Below are positions 27,989 through 37,586 of a DNA stretch of 64,000 nt, piece after piece (position 1 is the stretch's first letter; each line of letters starts with the position of its first letter). Made by a program: the position numbers and the translations under genes. Source of the DNA: a virus (taxonomy: Duplodnaviria > Heunggongvirae > Uroviricota > Caudoviricetes); IMG/VR virus record IMGVR_UViG_3300025319_000008, positions 42,433 through 106,432 of that record, one strand, 5' to 3'. The notes beneath the pieces are model-generated. The model was given only the letters and a program-made list of their open reading frames with translations, was not told where the DNA came from and searched no databases.

Positions 27989-28387
27989 ATGAAACCCTAT
28001 AAGTCGATTTCAAAATGTGATAGATATGAGGGAGCGTCATCAGAATTCAATAATATTCATATAAATGAAGAATCTATTTTTGGAATTGTTAAAATCAATG
28101 AAAGCTTTATTTCAACAATTATACAAGATAATGACTGTAATGTAATTGTTTCCGAAACACAAATTGATAGTTTTCTATGTGTTTTTTTTAAAAATAGGAT
28201 TGTTTTAACTGAAAAGATAAGAAGTAATAATAGATTTGTCACATTAATTGAGAAAAAGTATTGGGTAAGAACAGAGCTTGATGAAATGGAAGGAATTTAT
28301 TTTTTTATTTTTCGACATGTTGAATTTGACTTCGTGACAATGAGCAACTCAACAGAAATATTAATTCCATTTTTTGAAAGGGGTTAA
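27989..28387 (+). CDS. hypothetical protein (contains the NRIVLTEK motif variant)
   Basis: 132-aa ORF starting 1 nt after the previous stop. Confidence 0.4.
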   Translation: MKPYKSISKCDRYEGASSEFNNIHINEESIFGIVKINESFISTIIQDNDCNVIVSETQIDSFLCVFFKNRIVLTEKIRSNNRFVTLIEKKYWVRTELDEMEGIYFFIFRHVEFDFVTMSNSTEILIPFFERG

Positions 28388-28572
28388 TACTTTTTCAATT
28401 TTAGTTTAAATAGTATTGTCTTCTCAGAAACATCAACTTTATCTACTTCATAAAGGTTTTCTGTAAACTCTTTCCTTATATCATCCCAAATAGCATCAAA
28501 TCCTCTTTGTTTAAGCTCTATGTTAGTAATTTCAACAATTGCTGCTTTATTACTTCTATCAATAATCTTCAT
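28384..28572 (-). CDS. hypothetical protein
   Basis: 62-aa ORF convergent with the previous gene. Confidence 0.3.
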   Translation of the reverse strand: MKIIDRSNKAAIVEITNIELKQRGFDAIWDDIRKEFTENLYEVDKVDVSEKTILFKLKLKKY

Positions 28573-28691
28573 AACATTAATTTATTATAAATAGCTACAA
28601 ACATATTGAAATGAAATATTTTAATTGCATAATTCACACATTGCAACATTTAAGCTCTTAATCCGTTTAATATTAAAAAGAGCAAACAAAT

Positions 28692-29603
28692 ATGGAAACT
28701 GTAATTAAAAGTCAAAAAGTTAAAGAGGTAAAATTGAGTAATGAACCTACTTTAAAAACTGGTAATGAAAAATTTGATAACTGGTTATCAAATAAAGGTG
28801 GATTAGTAAAAGGTAGTTCTATTCTTTTGAGTGGAACATCAGGAGCTGGCAAGACTAGTTTAATGCTCAACCTAATGAGTGTAATGTCAAATACTGTTAT
28901 TTCTATGTATGAAAGGGAGGTGAGCTTAAATTCAGTTTGTGAGCAAACATCAAATGTGAAACCGAAACATAGTAATGCTTATATTGCTGACAAAAAAACT
29001 CATCCTCATTTTAATGATTATATCAAAGAATTAAATACTTTAAAACCAGAAATAGTTATTCTTGATTCAATTCAGGCAGTAGCTATGGAGGATTTTACTG
29101 AATTATCTGAAGAAGATGCGTTAAATCATATTAGTAAAATTTTAAGAACATGGGCAGAGGAAAATAATGCTGTTGTTTTTATTATTTCGCATAATACTAA
29201 AGCTGGTGACTACAAAGGAGCGGCTTGTCTTAAACAGCTTATTGATATTCATATGATTATGAATTTTGATAAAAAAACAAATGAAAGAACAATTACCTTC
29301 TCAAAAAACAGAAAAGGAGCCGTTGACTCTATGTTTTATATTTTCACAAATTCTGGTATAGAATTCTTTACCACAGAAGAATGGGAATTAAGAACAGAAA
29401 AAAGAGATTTTAGAGAAAGTTTTATTAACTTTGCTAATAAATATGTTTCTAACATTAATTCTAATACTAAAGCCGGAGATAAATTCTTAGAAGAATATAA
29501 TAAAGAAGTTAAGAAAATTAACAAATCCAATGACGGTAATGAAATCTGTCTTAATTTATTGAATTTATTAATGGAGCTTTCGGATAAACATGAGAATATT
29601 TAA
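28692..29603 (+). CDS. RecA-superfamily ATPase (RadA / DnaB C-terminal / Sak4-like)
   Basis: Walker A LLSGTSGAGKTSL; Walker B IVILDSIQAV; RITFSKNRKGAVDSMFYIFTNSGIE resembles the RadA/KaiC C-terminal strand. Confidence 0.55.
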   Translation: METVIKSQKVKEVKLSNEPTLKTGNEKFDNWLSNKGGLVKGSSILLSGTSGAGKTSLMLNLMSVMSNTVISMYEREVSLNSVCEQTSNVKPKHSNAYIADKKTHPHFNDYIKELNTLKPEIVILDSIQAVAMEDFTELSEEDALNHISKILRTWAEENNAVVFIISHNTKAGDYKGAACLKQLIDIHMIMNFDKKTNERTITFSKNRKGAVDSMFYIFTNSGIEFFTTEEWELRTEKRDFRESFINFANKYVSNINSNTKAGDKFLEEYNKEVKKINKSNDGNEICLNLLNLLMELSDKHENI

Positions 29604-29633
29604 GGGTGTAGTTTTTAATTTTAATAACTATAT

Positions 29634-30263
29634 TTGCTACAATATAACAAAATTATGAACATTCACGCACTAATTGAAACTTCACACATTCTTGGTCGAG
29701 ACCACGGGTTCTGGGAAAAAGAAAAAGACTTAAGAGAAGAAATGTTATACATATTTTCTAATTTAGGAGATATTGCTAAAGCATTTAAAAAAGGACGAAG
29801 AGCTGATTGGAATTCTTATGAAAAGGATTTACTTAGTTTAGAAAGTTATCCAGACGTTCAAAATATAAATCTTGAAAAAAGAGCAATATATAAAGAATGT
29901 ATTAAAGATACTTTTGAAGACGAAATAGCTAATGTCATCCTTAGAATAACCGATTTGATTGGTGGCAAAAAAATTGATATAATTTCTGCACATCCTTGGA
30001 TTGAGCCATTTGAAAACTCTGAATTAAATCATTTTTTTGTTAATGTAAGACCCAGAGAGGAATTCAATAAAAATGTTGCTCACTGGTTAAATGAAGCTTT
30101 GTCGATGTGTTTATTTTCTTCTGACAAAGATGAAGATTATGGGCTTTCTCATATTTTATTTCATTTAGGCTCACTTATTGAGTTTTACAATATTGACATA
30201 GAAAGACATTTAGCTAAAAAAATAGAATACAACCGGTTGAGACCCTCCCTTTATAAATCTTAA
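29634..30263 (+). CDS. possible MazG-like all-alpha NTP pyrophosphohydrolase
   Basis: EEMLYIFSNLGDIAKA and EDEIANVILRITDLIG resemble the paired E-x-x-E/D helices of MazG/HisE; weak. Confidence 0.35.
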   Translation: MLQYNKIMNIHALIETSHILGRDHGFWEKEKDLREEMLYIFSNLGDIAKAFKKGRRADWNSYEKDLLSLESYPDVQNINLEKRAIYKECIKDTFEDEIANVILRITDLIGGKKIDIISAHPWIEPFENSELNHFFVNVRPREEFNKNVAHWLNEALSMCLFSSDKDEDYGLSHILFHLGSLIEFYNIDIERHLAKKIEYNRLRPSLYKS

Positions 30264-30265
30264 AT

Positions 30266-30712
30266 ATGTCAAATGCTATTTTGAAAGAAAAGCAAGAAAA
30301 AGTTAAGGATACACCATGGACAAACCTTGGGATAAAGGTGGACTTGTGTTCATTTTTGACGAGAAAAGTGTTGTTTGAGAAATACATTTCTCAAAAAGCC
30401 AAGGAAACAGAAATGAAAGAATTTTTTATTTCGAAAATTGATGGGTGTGAATTATATACAAACTCAGAGTACAAAGATTACATATTTTACATTAAAAATA
30501 TCAATGGAAATAATGAGATTTTAATGGAAAAATATGAAAAAAACAAGACGTTTTATATAAAATATACCAACTTTTGGTCAGTTTTTGAGAGCTTGTACCT
30601 ACTTGAATACTCTGAGATTCAATCATTTACACAGATTACCCTTGAAGATGGTCTAAAATCTAACGGTTATAAAACTTCCATTGTTGCCGAAGAGTTTGGT
30701 TACCAGCCTTGA
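30266..30712 (+). CDS. hypothetical protein; its 3' end runs into the first CRISPR-like repeat
   Basis: 148-aa ORF; the last ~24 codons are repeat plus spacer sequence. Confidence 0.4.
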   Translation: MSNAILKEKQEKVKDTPWTNLGIKVDLCSFLTRKVLFEKYISQKAKETEMKEFFISKIDGCELYTNSEYKDYIFYIKNINGNNEILMEKYEKNKTFYIKYTNFWSVFESLYLLEYSEIQSFTQITLEDGLKSNGYKTSIVAEEFGYQP

Positions 30713-30875
30713 AGATGGTCTAAAATCTAACGGTTATAAAACAATACCAGGGAAATATACCACTGCCAACTTCCTTGAAGATGGTCTAAAATCTAACGGT
30801 TATAAAACATGGAGCAATGGCGAAACAAACCAAATTATACCTTGAAGATGGTCTAAAATCTAACGGTTATAAAAC
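30640..30875 (-). CRISPR. orphan CRISPR-like mini-array: four identical 36-nt repeats and three unique 30-31 nt spacers
   Basis: CCTTGAAGATGGTCTAAAATCTAACGGTTATAAAAC at 30640, 30707, 30773 and 30840; spacers at 30676-30706, 30743-30772 and 30809-30839 share no similarity; the AT-rich leader-like 200 nt at 30876-31070 suggests minus-strand transcription, giving the repeat as GTTTTATAACCGTTAGATTTTAGACCATCTTCAAGG. Confidence 0.6.
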
Positions 30876-31072
30876 TATTATAACATTTCCTGTAAAAGAC
30901 GTTTGTATGTTATTTTTTGTTAAAAAATATTGCAATTAATATTATAACAGGAATCCATTTCCAAAAAATATATGATTCTGTTTTAATTTCTATTATTCTG
31001 CAACAAAAAACACTTCCTAAATAAGAAGCAATAAGATAAGTTAAAATAATATTCTCATTCATCGTTTTAGAT

Positions 31073-31534
31073 TTAGAAATTGAATTCCACCGGTACACCT
31101 GGAAATTTGCTTAATTGTAAAAGAAGCGTTGCAGCTTTGTTTCTTAATCCTAAATCGGTTTTACGACATTCTATTTTGACACACCACTCTGTTAGTGTTA
31201 CTGAAATTTCTCCACCACCATATATTTCAGTATAACCTTTTTCTGTTTTAGATTTTCTTTTTTTCAGTTTATCTAAATAGAAAAAAGCTTCTTTTAGTTG
31301 AATTTTTTGGTCTTTATATTTTTGACTTCCATCATCAATTATTTGTAAAAGTTTTTTATTAGTAGGATTTTCCATTCTTCCAGATTTATCATATGTACTA
31401 TAGTCGATACCGGCTATTTTTGTTTTAGTATCTTCGTGTTTAAAAATACTAATATCAACAGAATGTGGCTCCGGAAGAAGTTTTAATATCTTCTCAATAA
31501 TTTCTTTTCTGATTTTTGGGACAGTTTTCACCAT
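31073..31534 (-). CDS. hypothetical protein
   Basis: ORF track 31073..31627 overlaps the topA end; the internal Met at 31534 (MVKTVP) is the likely start. Confidence 0.4.
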   Translation of the reverse strand: MVKTVPKIRKEIIEKILKLLPEPHSVDISIFKHEDTKTKIAGIDYSTYDKSGRMENPTNKKLLQIIDDGSQKYKDQKIQLKEAFFYLDKLKKRKSKTEKGYTEIYGGGEISVTLTEWCVKIECRKTDLGLRNKAATLLLQLSKFPGVPVEFNF

Positions 31535-31553
31535 AATGTTATAATTTAAATAT

Positions 31554-33959
31554 TTATTCTTTCTTTTTGAATTTAGTGAATTTTTTCTTCTTCGGTGAAT
31601 TTTTAGATTCTTTAATAATTTCTTCACAATCTTTTAAAGTTAAAGTATCAGCTTCTTTTCCTAGAGGAATTTTATGGTTGCCTGTCTTAGATTTTATGTA
31701 CGCTCCGAATTTACCATTAAGTACGCTTATGCCTTCTTTTTTAAATTCTTTAATGGTATTACTACTCTTTGCTGCACTTTTCTCTTCAAAGATTTCTATT
31801 GCACGTTTTAAAGATATTGTGGAAGGGTCTTCTTCTTTAGAAATTGAACTGTAGATTTGACCGACTTTGACGTATGGGCCGAAGCGTCCTATTGCAATTG
31901 AAACGTCTTCACCTTTATGTTTACCCATATTTCTTGGCCATATAAGAAGTTCTAATGCCTCTTCTATAGTGATGTTTTCTATTGTTTGTCCTTCTTTTAA
32001 TTTGGCGAATTTTGGCTTTTCTTCATCACTTTTTTTGTCAACACTCTCTCCCATTTGTATCATTGGTCCGAATTTACCTAAACGAGCGTAGATTATTTTG
32101 CCTGTTTTTGGGTCTTTGCCAATTTCTCTTATTCCGGCTTTTCCTTCTTCGCCTGCAGCTTCTTTTAATGTCTTGCTGAATGGTTCATAAAACTCTCCAA
32201 TCATCTGTTGCCACTCTTTATTTCCTTCTGCTATCTCATCAAGTTTTTCTTCAGTCTCTGCAGTAAATTTATAATCCATGATGTCCGGGAAATGTTTTTT
32301 TAGATAGTCAACTACCACTCCGGCAACTTCTGTTGGAACTAATTTTCCTTTTTCTCCTCCAAATTTATCTATTACTTCACTTTCTTCTATTTTATTGTTT
32401 GTTGATGATAGAGTTAATGTTTGGATTTTACGTTCCTTTGGTTCAATATCTTTTTTTTCAACGTATCCACGGTCTTGGATTGTTTGGATTATCGTAGCGT
32501 AGGTTGATGGCCTGCCAATTTGAAGCTCCTCCATGGATTTAACAAGTCCAGGTTCATTAAATCTTGGTACTGGTTTTGAAAATGATTGTGATGAAACTAA
32601 TTCTTTATAATAAAGTTTATCACCTTTTTCTAAAGGTGGAAGGATTTTAGAATCACTATCTTCATTTTCATTATCTTCTTTATTATCATCTGTGTCGTTG
32701 TATACTTTTAAAAACCCATCAAATTTTATAATTGTCCCTTTAGTTACAAATTGTTCTTTTATGTTTTGTGTGCCAATAGTAATTTTTGTAAGTTCTGTAA
32801 CTGCATCACTCATTTGTGAAGCCAAAGCTCTTTTATATATTAAATCATAAAGTCTAACTTCATCAGAAGAGCCAGATATTGTTTCTTGTTCGAAATGAGA
32901 ACAACGGATTCCTTCATGAGCTTCCTGACTTCCTTTGTTTTTGTTCTTATATTGCTTGTTGCATAAATATTTATCTCCGTATTTTGATTTTATTTGTGTG
33001 GAAATCTCTTTAATAGAATCTTCTGAAAGCATTACAGAATCAGTTCTGTGATAAGAAATAAACCCCTTGGAAAAAAGCGATTGAGCAGTATCCATACATC
33101 TTTTAACGCTAAATCCTAATTTATTTCCAGCAGTTTGTTGTAATGTACTTGTTGTAAATGGTGCTGAAGCTGTACGTTTTCCAATTTTTGTTTCTTTATT
33201 GTTAACTATAAATTCTTTTCCAATACATTCATTTAAAAATTTATGTGCAGTTTGCTTATCTTTAAATCTTTTATCTAAAATAGATTTTATTGAAACTCTT
33301 TTTTTTGTTTCAAAAGCTCCAGTAGTTTTAAAATCTACATCCGATTCAAAAGATTTTATTTCCCTTTCTTTTTCAACTATCAGTCTAACGGAGCTACTTT
33401 GCACCCTTCCAGCACTTAAATTAGGGGCTACTTTTTTCCAGAGCAACCCACTTAAATCAAACCCTACAATTCTATCCAAAACACGTCTTGCTTGTTGAGA
33501 ATTAGTTAAATTTTTATCAATTATTCCAGGATTATCTATTGCGTTTTTTACTGCTGTTTTTGTTATCTCATTAAATACAGCACGTTTAGTTGTTTCTAAT
33601 GGAAGGTCTAAAGTTATAGCCACTGAATGAGCTATAAATGAGCCTTCTCGGTCTAAGTCAGAAGCAAGAATAAATTCGTATCCATTTTTCTTAAATTCTT
33701 TTAATGTTTTAACAACATCTTTCTTGCTTTCAGATACAATGTAATGTGGTTCAAAATTATTTTTTTTATCCACTCCTTTTGCACCTTTATCTAATTCCAA
33801 GATATGTCCCACCGAAGCTATACAATCATAATTATGATATCCTATTTCTTTTAATATCTCTTTTATCTTTTTTATTTTTGATGGAGACTCTACCACCATA
33901 ACGTATTTCTGATTATCGGAACCTATTTTTTTCTTTGCCATTTTACAAATGTAATACAT
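31554..33959 (-). CDS. topA: DNA topoisomerase I (type IA)
   Basis: N-terminal TOPRIM VMVVESPSKIKKI; the catalytic region has the family-typical Tyr segment; 801 aa; alternative start at 33941 (MAKKK). Confidence 0.9.
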   Translation of the reverse strand: MYYICKMAKKKIGSDNQKYVMVVESPSKIKKIKEILKEIGYHNYDCIASVGHILELDKGAKGVDKKNNFEPHYIVSESKKDVVKTLKEFKKNGYEFILASDLDREGSFIAHSVAITLDLPLETTKRAVFNEITKTAVKNAIDNPGIIDKNLTNSQQARRVLDRIVGFDLSGLLWKKVAPNLSAGRVQSSSVRLIVEKEREIKSFESDVDFKTTGAFETKKRVSIKSILDKRFKDKQTAHKFLNECIGKEFIVNNKETKIGKRTASAPFTTSTLQQTAGNKLGFSVKRCMDTAQSLFSKGFISYHRTDSVMLSEDSIKEISTQIKSKYGDKYLCNKQYKNKNKGSQEAHEGIRCSHFEQETISGSSDEVRLYDLIYKRALASQMSDAVTELTKITIGTQNIKEQFVTKGTIIKFDGFLKVYNDTDDNKEDNENEDSDSKILPPLEKGDKLYYKELVSSQSFSKPVPRFNEPGLVKSMEELQIGRPSTYATIIQTIQDRGYVEKKDIEPKERKIQTLTLSSTNNKIEESEVIDKFGGEKGKLVPTEVAGVVVDYLKKHFPDIMDYKFTAETEEKLDEIAEGNKEWQQMIGEFYEPFSKTLKEAAGEEGKAGIREIGKDPKTGKIIYARLGKFGPMIQMGESVDKKSDEEKPKFAKLKEGQTIENITIEEALELLIWPRNMGKHKGEDVSIAIGRFGPYVKVGQIYSSISKEEDPSTISLKRAIEIFEEKSAAKSSNTIKEFKKEGISVLNGKFGAYIKSKTGNHKIPLGKEADTLTLKDCEEIIKESKNSPKKKKFTKFKKKE

Positions 33960-34053
33960 TTTATTAGAATGTAAAATTTTTTATACTATTTATAATTATA
34001 AGTAATACTTTACAATATAATAATAATGTTTTATAATTACCAAAACACTAAAA

Positions 34054-34197
34054 ATGGCTACGAAAACTAAAACATTCACATTACCAGAAGAAATTTTGGA
34101 AAAACTTGCTTCATATAGCGAGGAAAGCTTAATTCCTCAATCGGCATTAATTGCAAAGTTATTAAAAGAATTTTTTGAAAAAGAAAATAAAAAATGA
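34054..34197 (+). CDS. small ribbon-helix-helix DNA-binding protein
   Basis: 47-aa ORF not in the ORF track; KTFTLPEEILEKLASY...SALIAKLLKEFF; its stop overlaps the nuclease start (ATGA). Confidence 0.45.
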   Translation: MATKTKTFTLPEEILEKLASYSEESLIPQSALIAKLLKEFFEKENKK

Positions 34198-35321
34198 GTG
34201 GGAAAGCTATAAGTATTGAAAAATTTATTTTTAATGCAAAACAAATTCATGGAGAAAGGTACGATTATTCAAAATTTGAATATGTTAATTCCTCAGTAAA
34301 ATCCACAATTATATGTGAGAAACATGGCGAATTTTTACAATCTCCAAGAAATCACATGAAAGGATATAATTGTAAGAAATGTATGTACGAAGGAGAAAGA
34401 ACATTACCAAGTAAACATACTTTAGAATCATTTATTATTAAATCAAATGAAGTTCATGATAATAAATACGATTATTCAAAAGTGGTATATAAAAATAATA
34501 AACAACCAATTATTATAATTTGTCCAGAGCATGGAGAATTTAATCAAAGACCTGATAGTCATTTAAGTGGAAGGGGTTGTATTTATTGTTCAGGAACGTA
34601 TCAATATGCAAAAGAAGATTTTATAAAAAAATCTAATGAAAAACATAATAATAAATACGATTATTCTGAAGTTTTATACACAAAAAATGATAATAAAGTA
34701 ACAATAATTTGTAATAAACATGGAAAGTTCAGTCAATTAGCCAAAGACCATTTAAGAGGACGCGGATGTGACATATGTAGTGGTGGATATGTTGGAACTA
34801 AAGAAATATTTTTGGCAAAATCTTTTGAAGTTCATGGAAATACTTATAATTATGATAATGTAAAATATGTAAATAACCAAACAAAAGTAGATATAATTTG
34901 TAATAAACATGGTATTTTCAAACAAAGGCCAGCAATGCATTTATTTGGAAATGGTTGTCCAAAGTGTTCAAATTTTTCAAAAGGAGAAATTAAAATTACT
35001 AAAATTTTAGAAGAAAAAAATATAATATTTACATATCAAAAAACTTTTGATGATTGTAAAAATGTTTTTAAATTACCTTTCGATTTTTATTTACCAGATT
35101 ATAATACTTGTGTAGAATTTGATGGAGCTCAACATTTTAAAGCTTTTAAATACTTTGGTGGTGAAAAAACATTTAAAGCAAGGCAACTAAACGACCAAAT
35201 AAAAAACGAATACTGCAAAAACAATAACATTCCATTATTAAGAATTCCTTACTGGGACTTTAAGAACATTGAGACTATATTGACTGATTATTTAAAGTCA
35301 ATCCTTATCAACTCTAATTAA
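34194..35321 (+). CDS. zinc-ribbon repeat protein with a C-terminal PD-(D/E)XK (Vsr/DUF559-like) endonuclease domain; paralog of 18492..19646
   Basis: Five repeats (C..HG.F.Q.P..H..G.GC..C) plus LPFDFYLPDYNTCVEFDGAQHF. Confidence 0.65.
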   Translation: MSGKAISIEKFIFNAKQIHGERYDYSKFEYVNSSVKSTIICEKHGEFLQSPRNHMKGYNCKKCMYEGERTLPSKHTLESFIIKSNEVHDNKYDYSKVVYKNNKQPIIIICPEHGEFNQRPDSHLSGRGCIYCSGTYQYAKEDFIKKSNEKHNNKYDYSEVLYTKNDNKVTIICNKHGKFSQLAKDHLRGRGCDICSGGYVGTKEIFLAKSFEVHGNTYNYDNVKYVNNQTKVDIICNKHGIFKQRPAMHLFGNGCPKCSNFSKGEIKITKILEEKNIIFTYQKTFDDCKNVFKLPFDFYLPDYNTCVEFDGAQHFKAFKYFGGEKTFKARQLNDQIKNEYCKNNNIPLLRIPYWDFKNIETILTDYLKSILINSN

Positions 35322-35573
35322 ATTAAAAGAATCCCATAATGACGGTAATCCTACTCTATCATTTGTAGTAAACCATAATATTGTTACTTCGTTCCATTCT
35401 TTATCACAGGAAAATACAGTCCCTAAACTTTCTTTAAATTCACGCCAATAATAATAAGGCTCTATAATTTTAGTATTTATTCTAACGGTATCACCTTTTT
35501 TAAAATAATAACTTTTTTCTATAAGTACTATACGTTTTAGTACTGAAATTTCATCGTGATTAATTTTTTTCAT
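35298..35573 (-). CDS. hypothetical protein with an LKRIVLIEK motif
   Basis: 91-aa ORF convergent with the previous gene. Confidence 0.4.
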   Translation of the reverse strand: MKKINHDEISVLKRIVLIEKSYYFKKGDTVRINTKIIEPYYYWREFKESLGTVFSCDKEWNEVTILWFTTNDRVGLPSLWDSFNLIRVDKD

Positions 35574-36241
35574 TATTTTTTAACAACCGAATCACCAACA
35601 ACCGGTTTTGAATATATTTCATAACTATTCCCGGTTAGCCCTTTTATTTTTTTAAAATATTCTTTTTCAATGCTTTTAACTCTATCTGAATATCCTACTG
35701 TTTCTGAATAATTTTTTTCGATATAATCATAATATTGTTCTTTTGTTTTTAAATCTCTCAGGTAACAACAAGAAAATAAAACATAATCAACAACAGATTG
35801 TCTCCAGGAATTATAAACACCGTAACCGTTTTGCGTTTTTATCTGTAGTGTAGCTCGTGAACTTACTGTCCTCATTCCAAAAATGTTGTTATTTTCAAAA
35901 AACAATTTACTGCTGAAGTTTCCACTTTCTAATCTTGCTTGAGAATAAATTATCTCTGGAAATGGCACATTAAGCTCATTAAGAAAAAGTATTAATTTTT
36001 CTTCACTAAATTTATCTCCATTTTTTATTATCAACATTTTTTCTTTATCACTATATTTATTCATCATTTCAAGCTCCGTTTCTTTTGTAATAATACCCCC
36101 AGATACGAATGCTATAATTAAGCAAAATAAAACAATCATAGTAAAAAATCCATGTGTTCTTTTAAATTGAAGTTCATTTTCATCAAAATAAAATAGTTTT
36201 GATTTGCTAATAAATGATAATAAAAAGTTCTTGTTTTTCAT
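35573..36241 (-). CDS. membrane-anchored cell-wall hydrolase (mannosyl-glycoprotein endo-beta-N-acetylglucosaminidase / FlgJ-like, GH73)
   Basis: N-terminal TM helix; PEIIYSQARLESGNFSSKLFFENNNIFGMRT...YNSWRQSVVDY matches the glucosaminidase signature. Confidence 0.65.
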   Translation of the reverse strand: MKNKNFLLSFISKSKLFYFDENELQFKRTHGFFTMIVLFCLIIAFVSGGIITKETELEMMNKYSDKEKMLIIKNGDKFSEEKLILFLNELNVPFPEIIYSQARLESGNFSSKLFFENNNIFGMRTVSSRATLQIKTQNGYGVYNSWRQSVVDYVLFSCCYLRDLKTKEQYYDYIEKNYSETVGYSDRVKSIEKEYFKKIKGLTGNSYEIYSKPVVGDSVVKK

Positions 36242-36244
36242 ATG

Positions 36245-36475
36245 TTATTTTTTAAAAAAAGTTAAAATACTAATTGTTATAACTATTAACGCTATTATCA
36301 CATTAAACAATCGTTGTTTTCTAAAGGTTTTATAACCTTGCGGACCACCACCTATTATTATCGTTCTTGGATAATGCCACTCGTACCAGAAATCGTTCCA
36401 AATGCGTTTAAAACGAGAATTTTTCATATTTTTTGGTTTAATTAATAATCGCCTATCCATCCACAACAAGAGCAA
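36245..36475 (-). CDS. small membrane protein (holin/spanin-like position next to the hydrolase)
   Basis: C-terminal TM helix NVIIALIVITISILTFF. Confidence 0.3.
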   Translation of the reverse strand: MLLLWMDRRLLIKPKNMKNSRFKRIWNDFWYEWHYPRTIIIGGGPQGYKTFRKQRLFNVIIALIVITISILTFFKK

Positions 36476-36645
36476 GATTCAACGATAAAACTCATTTTTA
36501 CATTACATTGGCCTCTACACTCTTCTGGATGTTCACCGTTTTTCCAAGTATTTTTTACTTCTTCTAATTTTGAATAATGAAAAGGATTATCACGCTTTTC
36601 AATTAACACCACTCTTGTTCTAATATCAAAACCACCGTCTTCCAT
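36442..36645 (-). CDS. hypothetical protein with a TRVVLIEK motif
   Basis: 67-aa ORF; CxxC pair. Confidence 0.35.
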   Translation of the reverse strand: MEDGGFDIRTRVVLIEKRDNPFHYSKLEEVKNTWKNGEHPEECRGQCNVKMSFIVESCSCCGWIGDY

Positions 36646-36652
36646 ATTTAAT

Positions 36653-36898
36653 CTAAATGTCTAACATCTTTTTATCTCTAATTATCTTATTCCTAATAGA
36701 ATTTATTCTTTCTTTAACTTCAATTACTTTCTCCATCATAACAGTTCTTGTATTTTCAGCCATATAAGCACATTTATAACAAGCATCTTTGGTTTCTATC
36801 GGTGTTCTGAAAATAAAAACACTACGATTATTTAATGTTTCAGAAAACCACATAACACTTTTCTCACAATAAACACATTTAAAATTTGCTATTCCCAT
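36653..36898 (-). CDS. hypothetical zinc-ribbon protein
   Basis: CVYC...CYKC. Confidence 0.35.
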   Translation of the reverse strand: MGIANFKCVYCEKSVMWFSETLNNRSVFIFRTPIETKDACYKCAYMAENTRTVMMEKVIEVKERINSIRNKIIRDKKMLDI

Positions 36899-36900
36899 TT

Positions 36901-37341
36901 TTAATCTAAATGTCTTTTGTCTTTATGCGAAGCTTTTTTATGATTATTATGAGTCCATAGTCGCGCAAAAGGGCTTGAAAAGTAGTTATTATATCTCATT
37001 GTGTCATCAATACATAAATCTATTTTATGCTCAGCACAATAATCACCTTTAGTTCTATCCCATAGAATTTCATCTTGTTGCTTATCGCCAGTATCAATCC
37101 ATGGGTCATCAGGTGTGCTATAACGCATTGGAGTACCAATAGAAAGATGATAATCAGTAATACTAAAATGATGAGTATATTTTATACCATATTTTTCAAG
37201 CTGGTCTTCTACTTTTTTGCTCCATTTTGATCCGGTAAGAATGTGAATTTCATGTTTGTTTTCTACTAACAATTTAGAAATAACAGAAAATAATTCCGGT
37301 AAACTATCAACCACGCCATGTATATCAAAAGCTAATTTCAT
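36901..37341 (-). CDS. hypothetical protein (possibly a degenerate HAD-like N-terminus)
   Basis: MKLAFDIHGVVD resembles the nucleotidase MKIAVDMDGVL start, but the catalytic Asp pair is not conserved. Confidence 0.35.
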   Translation of the reverse strand: MKLAFDIHGVVDSLPELFSVISKLLVENKHEIHILTGSKWSKKVEDQLEKYGIKYTHHFSITDYHLSIGTPMRYSTPDDPWIDTGDKQQDEILWDRTKGDYCAEHKIDLCIDDTMRYNNYFSSPFARLWTHNNHKKASHKDKRHLD

Positions 37342-37353
37342 GTTTTTGCTATT

Positions 37354-37581
37354 TTAAAATTTTCTTCTCCATTTATCAATTGATTCTCCAACATAACTTC
37401 CATTACCTGTTTTTTCTCCATCTTCGTCATGATAAATATTACCTCCACCAAACGTATAATGATTACCGCTATCTTTAAATTTTTTTGTTTTAGTTTTTAT
37501 TCCAAAAAACTTTTCTAAGAAATTTGGCTCAAAAGTTACTAAGTATACCCATTTTTCTCTCTCGATTTTTGTTATTTTCAT
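37354..37581 (-). CDS. hypothetical protein
   Basis: 75-aa ORF. Confidence 0.3.
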   Translation of the reverse strand: MKITKIEREKWVYLVTFEPNFLEKFFGIKTKTKKFKDSGNHYTFGGGNIYHDEDGEKTGNGSYVGESIDKWRRKF

Positions 37582-37586
37582 TGTGT

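Noticed and set aside
30640-30712. CRISPR repeat 1 and spacer 1 as the genuine coding C-terminus of ORF 30266..30712
   Set aside because: The exact 36-nt unit recurs three more times downstream with unrelated spacers, so the reading frame passing through it is most likely incidental. This leaves the true gene end uncertain.
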